Below, in pieces: positions 9,356 to 19,344 of a DNA stretch of 64,000 bases. Under the pieces are notes generated by a model that saw only the letters and a program-made list of their open reading frames with translations, did no database searches and was not told the origin of the DNA. Each line of letters starts with the position of its first letter. Positions within the stretch are counted from its first letter, which is position 1. The DNA is from a virus, in IMG/VR virus record IMGVR_UViG_3300037245_003482, positions 1 through 64,000 of that record, one strand, 5' to 3'. Made by a program: the position numbers and the translations under genes.

Positions 9356-10255
9356 TTATCCTTTTGTTTTTAATGTAGTAGCAGCAAGCTGCACTTTTTG
9401 TAATATGTAATTACTTAAACTTTCTTCAATTTCATTAGTTGCAAGGTATGTTTCCATGTCCAACCAAAATTTCATTGTTAATTTTTCGGGTTCCTTCAGT
9501 GTTTCAAGCACTTCCATTATGCCTTTTTCACTTTCCACAATTTTTAAAATATGCTCATTTGTTGTTTCTTCAATTTGATCAGGTACATCAATCCATTTTA
9601 TGCTAAATTTAATATTGGGTTCATATTCTATTATAGCAATTTTTGGCTGATATCCTATCATGCCTGCATCTTGAATATTAAGGCACCCGGGGTTAACTAC
9701 ATGCCTGCCATCTTTTTCAAAATGGAAACTATGGTGGTAATCCCCTGTTAAAATAAGGTCATTTTGTGGATATTTATCAAGCAGCATTTCAGCATGTTCA
9801 AAAGTACCTTTATCCTGCATATACCATGGTACTGATTTTAAATCAGGGAAAATAAGCCTGTGTACAATGGGTATATTTAAGAATTCTGCTTCAAAGAATT
9901 CATTGCAATTTTCTAATAATGTTACACCTTCCATGAGCCCAAATGAACTTAATGCGCTTTTTGGTAGGTTTTTCATTTGGTGGAATTGCAGGCTGTGGTT
10001 GCCTGGCATGCATATCCAGGGCACTTTGTAATTGTACTTACGTAATGCATTGGGGATCACATTTATTACGGTCAGGGGCTGCACAGCGGTATCAAATGTG
10101 TCCCCATTGTCAACTATGTAATCAACTTCTTCCATAATTGCAGTACGTACCACAAAATCAGCAAGTTCCTGTTGGCTTTCTAGCCAATCTGCGTCTGTAC
10201 GGCAAACAGGGCGTTTTATATCCAAATGTATATCTGAAACATTTAATATTTTCAT
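9356..10255 (-). CDS. SbcD/Mre11/gp47-like metallophosphoesterase nuclease
   Basis: SDIH, GDTFD, GNH, GDYH, NPG motifs. Confidence 0.9.
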   Translation of the reverse strand: MKILNVSDIHLDIKRPVCRTDADWLESQQELADFVVRTAIMEEVDYIVDNGDTFDTAVQPLTVINVIPNALRKYNYKVPWICMPGNHSLQFHQMKNLPKSALSSFGLMEGVTLLENCNEFFEAEFLNIPIVHRLIFPDLKSVPWYMQDKGTFEHAEMLLDKYPQNDLILTGDYHHSFHFEKDGRHVVNPGCLNIQDAGMIGYQPKIAIIEYEPNIKFSIKWIDVPDQIEETTNEHILKIVESEKGIMEVLETLKEPEKLTMKFWLDMETYLATNEIEESLSNYILQKVQLAATTLKTKG

Positions 10256-10659
10256 CTGTGATTCCTTTCGTATTGCTCTTTTGAACCAAAAACAAAACGG
10301 TCCTGCGCATCCCTTTGTGCATGGTGCAAACTAAATTCTTGGGGTTCATTATAGTCTATATCTTTGGAAATAACCAAACCCCATGCAGAATCATAATCTA
10401 CCATATTCATATCTGCACTGCTTATTTTTCCACCCGTTACTTCTTCAGCATTACCTATAAGAACCCCAGTGCCTTTATGTATCGCTATTTGATTAACTTC
10501 ATTAATAGTGCATATATCTTTTGTTTTTAGGGTAAGGGTTACCCCTTTGCCAATTGTTTCAATAGATGGGCCACCTGGGTACTTATATAATTTATACCAA
10601 TAAATTTCTACATTTACAATTTCAACACCAATTATGAATTCATTAATTATTAATCTCAT
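10252..10659 (-). CDS. Hypothetical protein
   Basis: ATGA overlaps at both ends; start MRLIINE preferred over the ORF-track start. Confidence 0.55.
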   Translation of the reverse strand: MRLIINEFIIGVEIVNVEIYWYKLYKYPGGPSIETIGKGVTLTLKTKDICTINEVNQIAIHKGTGVLIGNAEEVTGGKISSADMNMVDYDSAWGLVISKDIDYNEPQEFSLHHAQRDAQDRFVFGSKEQYERNHR

Positions 10660-12032
10660 TTTAAGGCCCTCCCGGTTCCTTTGCATGCAGGGCATATTTC
10701 ACCAAGTTCCTTTTCCATTTCTTGGTGCTGTGCCATGAGTTTAACTTTCTTTTCCCCTAATATACCAAGTTTTTTGGTTAAAACACTCACTGCAGTTGTT
10801 TTGGCCTGCATTGCACATATTTCTGCCTGTAGTTCTTCTGCATCTTCCACCAGGGCCATTATTTCTACCCAATCAGGTTGCAGGGCCTTTGTTTCTTGCC
10901 CCTTTTTCAACTTATCAACTAAAGCAGTTACATTTGCTATTTTTATGCCCCTTGCTTTTATTCCTGTCTGCAACTCTTCAGCAGATTCCAACATGGGCAA
11001 AATATAGGCCCAATCTGGTTGTTGTGCTTTTATGCCTTGTGCCTTTTTCAATTTAATAACCAAAGCAGTTACAGCACCTGTGCGTGCCCCCAATGCTACT
11101 GCACCACGGTCAAGGCTTTGGGCTTCATTTATAAGTTTGCCAATTTTATCAATGTGCTGTGTGGCTTCTTTAGTTTCAAGGCACTTTTTAAATTTTGTGG
11201 TTAACGTTTCCACATGCTTTCGTCTTTCCCCAATTACAACGATTTCCTGTTGCATTTTTGTAATTTCAGCCAATAAGGTTCCAATTTTTTCCGTATTGGG
11301 GAGCTTACTTTTACGTGCCAAGAGTTCACTAAGGCTATTTTTAGCGCGTGTGACATTATCCAACACAGTAACAATACTGTTGATATCAATTTCCAAATCT
11401 TTTGCATCTTCCACTAACTCCTGTAATTCTTCCAAATACTCAAATTTGGCAGCTTTTTCTTTTAATTCTTTTAGGTTTGCTTTGAGGCGGTTTTTCTGTG
11501 TATTTGCAGCAGTTTTTAAATCGTTGCATGCAGCTATGGCATTATCTGCCTCTGTAAAATCAATAAGGCCATTTAGGAACCTGCTGGCTTCTGCCCCACC
11601 ATTGCCATCTGGGCGCAAAAGGAAAGGGGCCCCGTGTTGGCTGCCAAAATTAACTTCATTCATATCCAGTAGGGTGGTAACTTCATCTGGTACCCCTTTA
11701 CCCACCGCTTTGAGGTCTGTTCCACTTACTATGTACAAATTATCTTTAGCACCGCCTGGCCCACGGCTGCGTTCTATTACCCCATTATCCAGTTCAAGCG
11801 TGAAAGAAAATTTACCAGTTATTTTGATTTCACCTTTTTTATTTATTTCCCTGGCCCACTTACTTACATAATTGGCATTACCTGGTTTGTTTTCATTTAT
11901 TAAACGGATACCACGGTAAAAATTTGTTTTACCAGCGCGGGTATGCCCCACCAGCATATTGATGCCAGGGTGGAATTTAAGCAGTATATCTTCCCATGAT
12001 TTTAAATTTATGCCATGTGCTGATTTAATCAT
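10656..12032 (-). CDS. SbcC/Rad50/gp46-like ATPase, N-terminal half ending at the zinc hook
   Basis: Walker A GHTRAGKT, Q-loop SQH, long coiled coil, terminal CPACKG. Confidence 0.85.
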   Translation of the reverse strand: MIKSAHGINLKSWEDILLKFHPGINMLVGHTRAGKTNFYRGIRLINENKPGNANYVSKWAREINKKGEIKITGKFSFTLELDNGVIERSRGPGGAKDNLYIVSGTDLKAVGKGVPDEVTTLLDMNEVNFGSQHGAPFLLRPDGNGGAEASRFLNGLIDFTEADNAIAACNDLKTAANTQKNRLKANLKELKEKAAKFEYLEELQELVEDAKDLEIDINSIVTVLDNVTRAKNSLSELLARKSKLPNTEKIGTLLAEITKMQQEIVVIGERRKHVETLTTKFKKCLETKEATQHIDKIGKLINEAQSLDRGAVALGARTGAVTALVIKLKKAQGIKAQQPDWAYILPMLESAEELQTGIKARGIKIANVTALVDKLKKGQETKALQPDWVEIMALVEDAEELQAEICAMQAKTTAVSVLTKKLGILGEKKVKLMAQHQEMEKELGEICPACKGTGRALK

Positions 12033-12564
12033 TAATTTCCCCTTTTATATGGGTTAACACTAGTTCTTCTTTCATCATATAGGCAAGCCCGGGCCCTTCC
12101 TCTATTAATTCTTTGAATAAATTGATACGCACCTTTTTATCTTTTAATGTGTGCATTAGCTCAACTTCACCAAGCTTATTACATAAGGCAAGAGAAAGCT
12201 GTATCGCTTGAGTTGCATAAACCCAACAGTTATAGTTTTCTATTTGTGTTATATTAGGGCAAGGGTCCCCAGGTTTAATAGGGAAAAGTAAATTGAAAAC
12301 AGCACCATCTGCCAAGTGTATTTTATAATTAGGAAAAGCCCCACCATAATCAGTACAAATATCTTCTTGTTTTAGGCAATCTTGTACCTTGAGGCCCATT
12401 TCACGTACCTCCTTCATAATTTCACTGCATTTTTCACTTGGTATTACAAAGTCGTAATCACTTTCTTTTGATACTTCAGCAAAAAATGCACGACTACCAG
12501 TGAACAGAAGGTTATAAGATACCTTAGCTTTTAGCCATCTGTAAAATTCAGCTTTATTCATCAT
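12025..12564 (-). CDS. Pol-beta superfamily nucleotidyltransferase-like protein
   Basis: LFTGSRA...SDYDFVI (hGS..DxD) motif. Confidence 0.65.
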   Translation of the reverse strand: MMNKAEFYRWLKAKVSYNLLFTGSRAFFAEVSKESDYDFVIPSEKCSEIMKEVREMGLKVQDCLKQEDICTDYGGAFPNYKIHLADGAVFNLLFPIKPGDPCPNITQIENYNCWVYATQAIQLSLALCNKLGEVELMHTLKDKKVRINLFKELIEEGPGLAYMMKEELVLTHIKGEIND

Positions 12565-12724
12565 CGCCTTCCTTAAACATGCTCTGCTGATCTACCCCTT
12601 CGGTTATATCAGGCACATCCATTCTTTTGGCACATACAGAGCCCATGCCCAATGCGCGGCTTTCTGCTGTTTTCAGTGGCCGTTTGCACACTGTGCATTT
12701 ATCATACTGTGGTAATTTCTTCAT
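12554..12724 (-). CDS. DUF6011-like small Zn-binding protein
   Basis: CTVCKRPLKTAESRALGMGSVCAKR. Confidence 0.7.
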   Translation of the reverse strand: MKKLPQYDKCTVCKRPLKTAESRALGMGSVCAKRMDVPDITEGVDQQSMFKEGDDE

Positions 12725-13208
12725 GATGTACAACTCCATAGTCTGCAATTAATAGTGCATCACCCCTGCCATCCTTTGCACCGCCCCGTGGGCCATATAA
12801 TTCTTTTTCAATTGTGGGGTATTTGGCAGCAGCTTTGGCGCATGAATCTTTTTTACTTTTGCCCCATAGCCCAGCATGCCTTTCCCAACGTTGTGCATTC
12901 ACATGCATAAAAGGTATATTTTCATTATAGGCAAAAAGTATCACAATACCTTCTGCCTTGCCAATATTTTTACCTTGCTGCATGATACTATTACGGCCTG
13001 CATTTGGCCCATTTGCAATAACATGCTCTGCCCAAATGGCATCTATTGGATGTGTAGTCGAAGCAAGGGAACACAATAAAACATCTATTGCAATTGGGTC
13101 TATTTCCTTGTTTTCAAGTGGCATATCCCACACAAAGCATTCTTTTGTTTCTGTGTCAATTAGGGCAAATGCACCACTAATTCCATAATCAATTCCTAAT
13201 ACCCTCAT
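12702..13208 (-). CDS. ruvC: RuvC-like Holliday junction resolvase
   Basis: VLGIDYG, IWAE, DGRGDALLIA catalytic motifs. Confidence 0.85.
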   Translation of the reverse strand: MRVLGIDYGISGAFALIDTETKECFVWDMPLENKEIDPIAIDVLLCSLASTTHPIDAIWAEHVIANGPNAGRNSIMQQGKNIGKAEGIVILFAYNENIPFMHVNAQRWERHAGLWGKSKKDSCAKAAAKYPTIEKELYGPRGGAKDGRGDALLIADYGVVHHEEITTV

Positions 13209-13211
13209 ATA

Positions 13212-14366
13212 TTACCTGTATTTCCTTAAGGCACCTGCACCTGGTGCAGCTTTCAGTGCCGCGTCTTCTTCTTTTTCCCAGCGTTCAATTACCATTTGGT
13301 CTAATTTGTTGCGTTCTGCCTTGTTTTCTTCAAGGTAAAACCAATCCCGTATTTCCAAAAATTTACGTTCTTCCCCATTCCAGTCAAATACTGGGTTTTT
13401 AACTGTCATTTGCCCCTTATCAGAAAGCAGGTCCTTTAAGTAAATTAAATTTGTACCCACATCATCAATACCAAAGGTGTAATAGAAAAGCACATATATT
13501 ATACGGCCAGGCCGTGATGTTTTGCTTTTTTTATTGACCACCCGGGTTATGCCCCCACAACTTTTACCATTTTTCTTTGCTTTCTCAGTTGCAAATATTT
13601 TTTGCACCGCATATAGCCATTGCACTGTATGGGAAAAGAAATCCATTGCACGCCCACCACTACGTTTTTCCTTCACAGGGCTATTTGGGTCAGGATTGTC
13701 CCTTAATTGAGATAAAATAAAGTACAATGCTTTTTTATGCCTAAGTTCGCATGCTATTTTTGGAAAATGGTGCATCGAAAGGAATTTAGGTTTTTCCATT
13801 TGGTAGCTACCATCATCCTTAACCTCTTTGCCCGCCTTGTGCTTTTTCATGCGGTCCTCTGCCATGTTGTCCAGTTGTATGGAACCAACACCATCCAGGC
13901 TGTCAACTGTAAGAATGGCACTTTCTGTTGTTTTACCATCCTTGCTTACTTTTAGATTGTCAAGGAATTCACGAACTGTTGTATCAAGTTTTTGCACTGT
14001 TTTTGGTACATCTTCCCATGGCATTGTGGCATTATAGTTATACAGGTCTTCTGTGTCAAAACTGTCCCCATATTCAGTGGGCATAAAAAGGTATTTAAAA
14101 CCTTTGTTGATGTGGTTCTGATAGGCTGTTACCTCATGTGCAAATAGTGTTTTACCACTGCTTTTATCGCCCACATAATTAACAATCCATCCATATGGGT
14201 ACCCAAGCACACCTTTTTTACCCCCTGCTTGTAAATCAAGCAAAAGGGTTCCTGTGCGCGCCCTGCCCCATGGGTCTTCAACAGAATATTGTTCCAAAAA
14301 AGAAGTATCTTCAAAAACTTCATCAATGTCATCTAATTGGGCTTTTTTATCTGATGCTTTGCTCAT
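13212..14366 (-). CDS. recA: RecA/UvsX-like recombinase
   Basis: Walker A GDKSSGKT, VDSL, SQLRD, SGGRAMDF. Confidence 0.9.
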   Translation of the reverse strand: MSKASDKKAQLDDIDEVFEDTSFLEQYSVEDPWGRARTGTLLLDLQAGGKKGVLGYPYGWIVNYVGDKSSGKTLFAHEVTAYQNHINKGFKYLFMPTEYGDSFDTEDLYNYNATMPWEDVPKTVQKLDTTVREFLDNLKVSKDGKTTESAILTVDSLDGVGSIQLDNMAEDRMKKHKAGKEVKDDGSYQMEKPKFLSMHHFPKIACELRHKKALYFILSQLRDNPDPNSPVKEKRSGGRAMDFFSHTVQWLYAVQKIFATEKAKKNGKSCGGITRVVNKKSKTSRPGRIIYVLFYYTFGIDDVGTNLIYLKDLLSDKGQMTVKNPVFDWNGEERKFLEIRDWFYLEENKAERNKLDQMVIERWEKEEDAALKAAPGAGALRKYR

Positions 14367-14800
14367 TTGGCATTGCTCCTAATGGGGTTCAACTTTTGCT
14401 TTATTTCGTCAACTTTGTCCCGTGGTACAAATACCATACCAAAAAAACGTTTTGGAATTATACCCAATTTATAGGCCAATCTGTATTGAAATGTGTGGCG
14501 CCACAATTTATCAGGTTTCCCACTGTTATTAGTTTCTTTGGATAGTTTAGAAATACTATACCAGTCAGCATGCGTATTTGCTTTTAGTTTGGCAAATTCT
14601 TTGGCCTGTTCTTCATAATACAAATATTTGCAGTCTTCCCCATGGAAATCTATTATTTCCCCCAGGCTGTCTTCATATTTAGTACGTGTGTGGTATCGTA
14701 AGAATTGCCTTGCAGTATTTGCATGGTAATGCAGGCCCTCCTCTGCCAATATGCGGAGGAAGGCTGCAGTTCTTATTTTATTGTAGGGTGCGGCTGCCAT
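14363..14800 (-). CDS. Hypothetical protein, possibly DNA-binding
   Basis: Basic protein located between SSB and RecA. Confidence 0.5.
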   Translation of the reverse strand: MAAAPYNKIRTAAFLRILAEEGLHYHANTARQFLRYHTRTKYEDSLGEIIDFHGEDCKYLYYEEQAKEFAKLKANTHADWYSISKLSKETNNSGKPDKLWRHTFQYRLAYKLGIIPKRFFGMVFVPRDKVDEIKQKLNPIRSNAK

Positions 14801-14806
14801 TTTGCC

Positions 14807-15985
14807 CTACTTTGCTTTTGTTGCCTGGAAACAAGGGTTAACAACGTCACATGTTTTCTTGCCTGGGCATTTACGGTACCCACCTTCTTTTACACCAAAG
14901 AGGCGGCCTTCAGGGCATTCACCTGCAGGTGTTTCTTTTGTTTCTTCCTGTAGGGTTATTTTCACTGGTTCAGGTTGTAGAGGCTTTTCTGCTTTTTTTG
15001 ATTCAGGTTCAGCTGGTGCTTCTGCTGTCTGCGTTGCAGGCGCATGTGTTTCTGTTGTTTCTTTCGTCCCCTTCGCACCAGATGCAGGCTTTCCCGGCTC
15101 TTCCTCCTGTACTGTTTTTTGTACCCCAGGGGCAGGTGACGTTTCTTCATTAGTCACAGGTTGTGCTGTAGGCGCTTTATTGCCAAATGCAGCTGGTATT
15201 GTGCCATCAGTATAATATGCCTGCATTTCTTTACTATTGCAAACTATCATGAAAGTACTCAAATCAGTTATGCCTTCAACAAGTTCATCTGTAACAGGTT
15301 CTTCACGTGCAGGGAATTGGAATTCGCTGTAATCAAACCAATTTGCATCTTCTTCCTTGTCTGCACGGAAACTTATTGAACATCCAACAAGGTCAAGGCT
15401 TACGAAATCAATTACCTCCCCTTCTTCTTCCTTTAAGATTTTTATCTTTTTCTCAAGTTGCTCACCCCAACCAGCGCTTTTGCCAGTATATGGTGCATCC
15501 CACCAAGTAATTTGGCCAGCCTGTGGCCCTGTTATAGGTCTTAATAATATAATCCATCTACGGCTTGGTAATAGTGTACTGAATTGCCCATAAGCGGCAG
15601 CCTTTTTATCAGCCCCTTTCCCACCAGCTTTTTTCCACAAATCCCACATTTCTGTGCATAAGAAGCATGTTGGTTCAATACCTGCATCTTTCAGGCATAT
15701 GAAATTTACTTTGTCTTCCCCAACACTACGGTGGATGGGCACATCCAGATTGTACTCAAGGCATTCAAGTTCATTCACATCCTTGAGTATATGGGGGTGT
15801 TGTTCATTGCTAATGTAATAAGGTATTACATCCACGGTATTACGCCCTTTCTGTACTTCAAAACGCTTAAAAGGCAAACCATTTATGGCATAATACCCAC
15901 CAGCACTTTTACCAATGCTGGCACTGCCAACTGCTTCCTCACTTTTTTTGCGTCTTTTGTCACTTATTTTTCTAGCTCTTGCCAT
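14807..15985 (-). CDS. Single-stranded DNA-binding protein (gp32-like)
   Basis: H..VG...FICLK....CFLC Zn motif, low-complexity tail, position beside RecA. Confidence 0.7.
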   Translation of the reverse strand: MARARKISDKRRKKSEEAVGSASIGKSAGGYYAINGLPFKRFEVQKGRNTVDVIPYYISNEQHPHILKDVNELECLEYNLDVPIHRSVGEDKVNFICLKDAGIEPTCFLCTEMWDLWKKAGGKGADKKAAAYGQFSTLLPSRRWIILLRPITGPQAGQITWWDAPYTGKSAGWGEQLEKKIKILKEEEGEVIDFVSLDLVGCSISFRADKEEDANWFDYSEFQFPAREEPVTDELVEGITDLSTFMIVCNSKEMQAYYTDGTIPAAFGNKAPTAQPVTNEETSPAPGVQKTVQEEEPGKPASGAKGTKETTETHAPATQTAEAPAEPESKKAEKPLQPEPVKITLQEETKETPAGECPEGRLFGVKEGGYRKCPGKKTCDVVNPCFQATKAK

Positions 15986-15999
15986 GGTGTTGCTCCTTG

Positions 16000-16758
16000 T
16001 TATTTGTTTAATCTTTCGCGTTTTTCACGTTCAATTTCATTTGATTCTTCAGTTGTTGTGGCCCCTGGTAATATACGGGGGTCACTCCAGTAATTTTTCA
16101 CCCACAATGTAAGCAGGGCATCTAATGCATGTTTTAAATCCCCCACCTGGTCCACAGCAGAATCATATTTTATTTTTTCAATTTCAGCAGCTAAAAGTGC
16201 TTCTTCCAGTTGCACAATAACTGGTTCCATATCTATTTTGGCATCAATGTCTTCCCGGGTAGGCTCTTTTGTTTTAATATTCTGCCTACCCTGTGCCTCA
16301 TATAATTCAATATCCTTAGTTACTAAATTAACTTCTTCAATAGCGTCCTGAACATCCTTATCAGTTTTTATATAAGCATCAATGTCCTCTTTTGTGGGGT
16401 CTTTTTGTTTTCCGCTTGGCGTTGTGACTATTTTACTAGCTGCAATTTTACGCGCTTCTGCTTTTTTTGTTTCCAATTCCCCCAATGCATCACGCATGCG
16501 GTCTTTGGCTGTTAAATAATTCTGCAATGCAGGGGGAACACTCTCATCTGAAAAAGTCCTTTTATACTGGGCTATTATATCCAGTCTGATTTCACTTCTT
16601 TTTTTCTTTAAAGTTTTGGCCAGTTGTTTCACTTTTATTTTTGCTTGGCCTTGTTCCGTTGTCCAATAGTGTGAAATGTTGGAAAAATTCTCCCAGCAAG
16701 CGACCATGTCACTTTTGTCAATTTCCATGTCCTTGCTTAATAAACGAACTGTTTCCAA
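16000..16758 (-). CDS. Coiled-coil protein, possible UvsY-like recombination mediator
   Basis: PTxEDIDA.I repeats; adjacent to SSB and RecA. Confidence 0.45.
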   Translation of the reverse strand: METVRLLSKDMEIDKSDMVACWENFSNISHYWTTEQGQAKIKVKQLAKTLKKKRSEIRLDIIAQYKRTFSDESVPPALQNYLTAKDRMRDALGELETKKAEARKIAASKIVTTPSGKQKDPTKEDIDAYIKTDKDVQDAIEEVNLVTKDIELYEAQGRQNIKTKEPTREDIDAKIDMEPVIVQLEEALLAAEIEKIKYDSAVDQVGDLKHALDALLTLWVKNYWSDPRILPGATTTEESNEIEREKRERLNK

Positions 16759-16815
16759 AATAACTCCTGTTGTAATTGGGGTATGTTACTACCCCTATTA
16801 TAAAAAGAAAGGTTG

Positions 16816-17799
16816 TTAATCTTCCTCAGGTTCCAGTATATTACTGATTTTAAGCACTAATGTACCCCAGGCAGTTGATTTGTTATAGAATAATGAGCCA
16901 TCTATTAAATGGTCCAATACATCTAAATTACAATTGCTACCTTTGCCCCCTGCCAAAATGTTATTGGCTGCAGTACTAACCAGTTTGCATCGTATGCCTT
17001 CAGGGCTTGCAGTTTCCTCTTTTTTCATTGTGCCCAAAAGCGCAAATATTTCACTTTCCTTTACAGTACCACCTGGCCAGAATATTGATTTTATCAAGGT
17101 GCCCATATCCTTGGAATCAGCAGCCATGGTTGCCACAGCACCTTCATCATTAAGGCGTTCCAATGCCAATGTTTCATCAAGTTTGGAAATACTTTGAAGT
17201 AAATTAAGGGCTATTGCTGGACTGCCTTCTGCAAGTTCCACAATTTTTTCAATTACTGCATCAGCTGTTTCAAGCCCCTCACTGTCAATAACTTCCTCAA
17301 GGAGGTCTGTTATTTCCATTTCATTAAGGGGCTTCACAATAATTTTGGTAACCCTGCGCATGAATGTCTTTTTGAATTTTGAAATATCTGTGGTTCCAAA
17401 AAAGAAATAGTCAGTTGCTGGGCACCCGTCTTCCAATAATTTAAGGAAAGCTTCCTGGGCCTTTGGGGTTAATTCATGGGCCTCATCAATGAACCAGCAA
17501 CGGTTGCCAAACGGTTTTGTGCGTACATCACGCTCCATTACCCTAACATCATCAATACCACCATTTGTAACTGCATTCATTTCTATTAGGTTCATTACAT
17601 TATCACAACCAAGGTGTTTAGCTGCAATTCGTGTTAATGTTGTTTTACCGCATCCACTTGGCCCAGTCACCAAAAATACATGTTGCCCTTGTGGGTCATC
17701 CAGTTCATTCTGTAACTGCTTAACAGCTGCTGCATTACCCAGTACTTCCTCCCATGTGCCTGGGCGGTACATTTTATCATAACCAAATGTCTTAGCCAT
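16816..17799 (-). CDS. Clamp loader AAA+ ATPase (DnaX gamma/tau-like)
   Basis: YRPGTWEEVLGN, GPSGCGKTT, IDEAHEL, AFLKLLE. Confidence 0.9.
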   Translation of the reverse strand: MAKTFGYDKMYRPGTWEEVLGNAAAVKQLQNELDDPQGQHVFLVTGPSGCGKTTLTRIAAKHLGCDNVMNLIEMNAVTNGGIDDVRVMERDVRTKPFGNRCWFIDEAHELTPKAQEAFLKLLEDGCPATDYFFFGTTDISKFKKTFMRRVTKIIVKPLNEMEITDLLEEVIDSEGLETADAVIEKIVELAEGSPAIALNLLQSISKLDETLALERLNDEGAVATMAADSKDMGTLIKSIFWPGGTVKESEIFALLGTMKKEETASPEGIRCKLVSTAANNILAGGKGSNCNLDVLDHLIDGSLFYNKSTAWGTLVLKISNILEPEED

Positions 17800-18034
17800 G
17801 CAAACCATCCTTTTTTTCTAAAAGGGTACAAATGCCCTCTATTGTTTTACACGATTCTTGCCACTCTTCATCTGTTATTTCATAGTCATATTCATCTTCT
17901 ACAGCCATGGTAATTTGTATTTCATCCATACTGTCAGCCCCAATTTCTGTGAGCGTTTGCTTTTCTTCTAGGCCAGAGGGTGAAACACCCAATACAAGGC
18001 CTATAATCTCTTTTACTTTTTCTAAATGCTTCAT
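17792..18034 (-). CDS. acpP: Acyl carrier protein
   Basis: 80 aa acidic protein, IGADSMD phosphopantetheine site, MAVEDEYDYEITDEE. Confidence 0.85.
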   Translation of the reverse strand: MKHLEKVKEIIGLVLGVSPSGLEEKQTLTEIGADSMDEIQITMAVEDEYDYEITDEEWQESCKTIEGICTLLEKKDGLHG

Positions 18035-18059
18035 TCATTACCCTTTTTTGCCTTTCGTA

Positions 18060-18296
18060 TTAATACCATCTGCCCATTTTTACACCACAGGAGCTTTTTT
18101 CTTTTTTGCTTTTATGTGCCCGCTTTTTACGTGCCATAATTATTTTATTCTTAATGCGGGTGCTTTTCTTGGGGAAAAAAATACCACACCCAGTACTTAA
18201 ATAAGGGTTGTAGGTGCTTTTTCCCTGTTCTCTGTTTTCTGTTGTAGATGCAGCTGCTATTAATTTAGCAAGTTGTAATGCTATTCCTAATTTCAT
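18060..18296 (-). CDS. Small basic hypothetical protein
   Basis: GAGG RBS, operon position. Confidence 0.45.
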   Translation of the reverse strand: MKLGIALQLAKLIAAASTTENREQGKSTYNPYLSTGCGIFFPKKSTRIKNKIIMARKKRAHKSKKEKSSCGVKMGRWY

Positions 18297-18297
18297 A

Positions 18298-18681
18298 CTA
18301 TTGTCCCTCTTCCGTTTTAATTAATTTTGGTTCAGGGAATAAAGTCCCTGCTTTAACGCCTTTTTCAATTGTGTCTTTCAGTTCCTTTTTAGAAAGCTTC
18401 TTTTCCACAACTTTTTGAATAGCCTCCCATGCCCTTTTTGCAGCCCATACCTTTTTTAAATTTTTGGCATGGCTTGGCAGGCACACACTTATTGCATAAC
18501 CAAACATTGGGTTTTTATATGGCCCAATAAAATCAGCCACATTGAAAAAAAGTTCTTGGTTTTGTAGTATGCATCTTACTGCTTTTTTACGATTTGCAGG
18601 ATGTTTTACATTACAAATAAGTCTTTTATCTTTTGGGGGGTTCCCAATTCTAAATAGTTCAGTTATTAAAATCTTTGCCAT
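18298..18681 (-). CDS. Hypothetical basic protein
   Basis: ORF in operon. Confidence 0.5.
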   Translation of the reverse strand: MAKILITELFRIGNPPKDKRLICNVKHPANRKKAVRCILQNQELFFNVADFIGPYKNPMFGYAISVCLPSHAKNLKKVWAAKRAWEAIQKVVEKKLSKKELKDTIEKGVKAGTLFPEPKLIKTEEGQ

Positions 18682-18837
18682 ATGCAATTGCCTTTTGTTC
18701 AGTAAAGGGTCTTCTTTCCCTAAATTCCGATTGTTTCCCTGGGTTAAAATTTGCCACAGGTCTATGGTATCCCATTACTCTAGTCCAAATTTCACATTTA
18801 GTTCTTTCAGTATCATTAAGTATAATTGCCACACCCA

Positions 18838-19332
18838 TTAAAATAACCCGCCACCAGTTTTTATTTCTTTTATTCCTGGTATGGAGGCCATTTTTGGCTG
18901 TGTAATTACAACTGCCTTCTCCCCCTTATTATACACAGTTTTAGGCATAACAATAGGTTTTTCTGCTTTTTCTATATCAAAGGGTAAATCTTCAGGCCCA
19001 CCATTTATGTACCCACGCTCCTTTATCCTATACCTTATGGTTTTTTCCATTTCACCACTTTTAACTTTTGCCTTTATGAATATTTCTGTGTTTTCAAATA
19101 AGGTGCTTTTCTTGTAAAAAGCAAGGCCTATTACAAAAGTAGTAGTTTTTTCGTATGCCAGGTAGGTTCCCCCCTGTTTCCGTATAAAGAAGCAGAAGCC
19201 TTGGCACTCAAATTCCTCATCCAGTTCATCAGGGGGTAATGGTACTGTTTCCCACATAACCCCACGGATACCTTTCCGTTCTTCCCTTAGTTCTTTACTA
19301 CGTGTGCCACTAACAAATTTCATTATGTTCAT
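18838..19332 (-). CDS. Hypothetical protein ending GGGLF
   Basis: GGAG RBS; directly downstream of the polymerase gene. Confidence 0.6.
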   Translation of the reverse strand: MNIMKFVSGTRSKELREERKGIRGVMWETVPLPPDELDEEFECQGFCFFIRKQGGTYLAYEKTTTFVIGLAFYKKSTLFENTEIFIKAKVKSGEMEKTIRYRIKERGYINGGPEDLPFDIEKAEKPIVMPKTVYNKGEKAVVITQPKMASIPGIKEIKTGGGLF

Positions 19333-19344
19333 GTAATTACTCCA

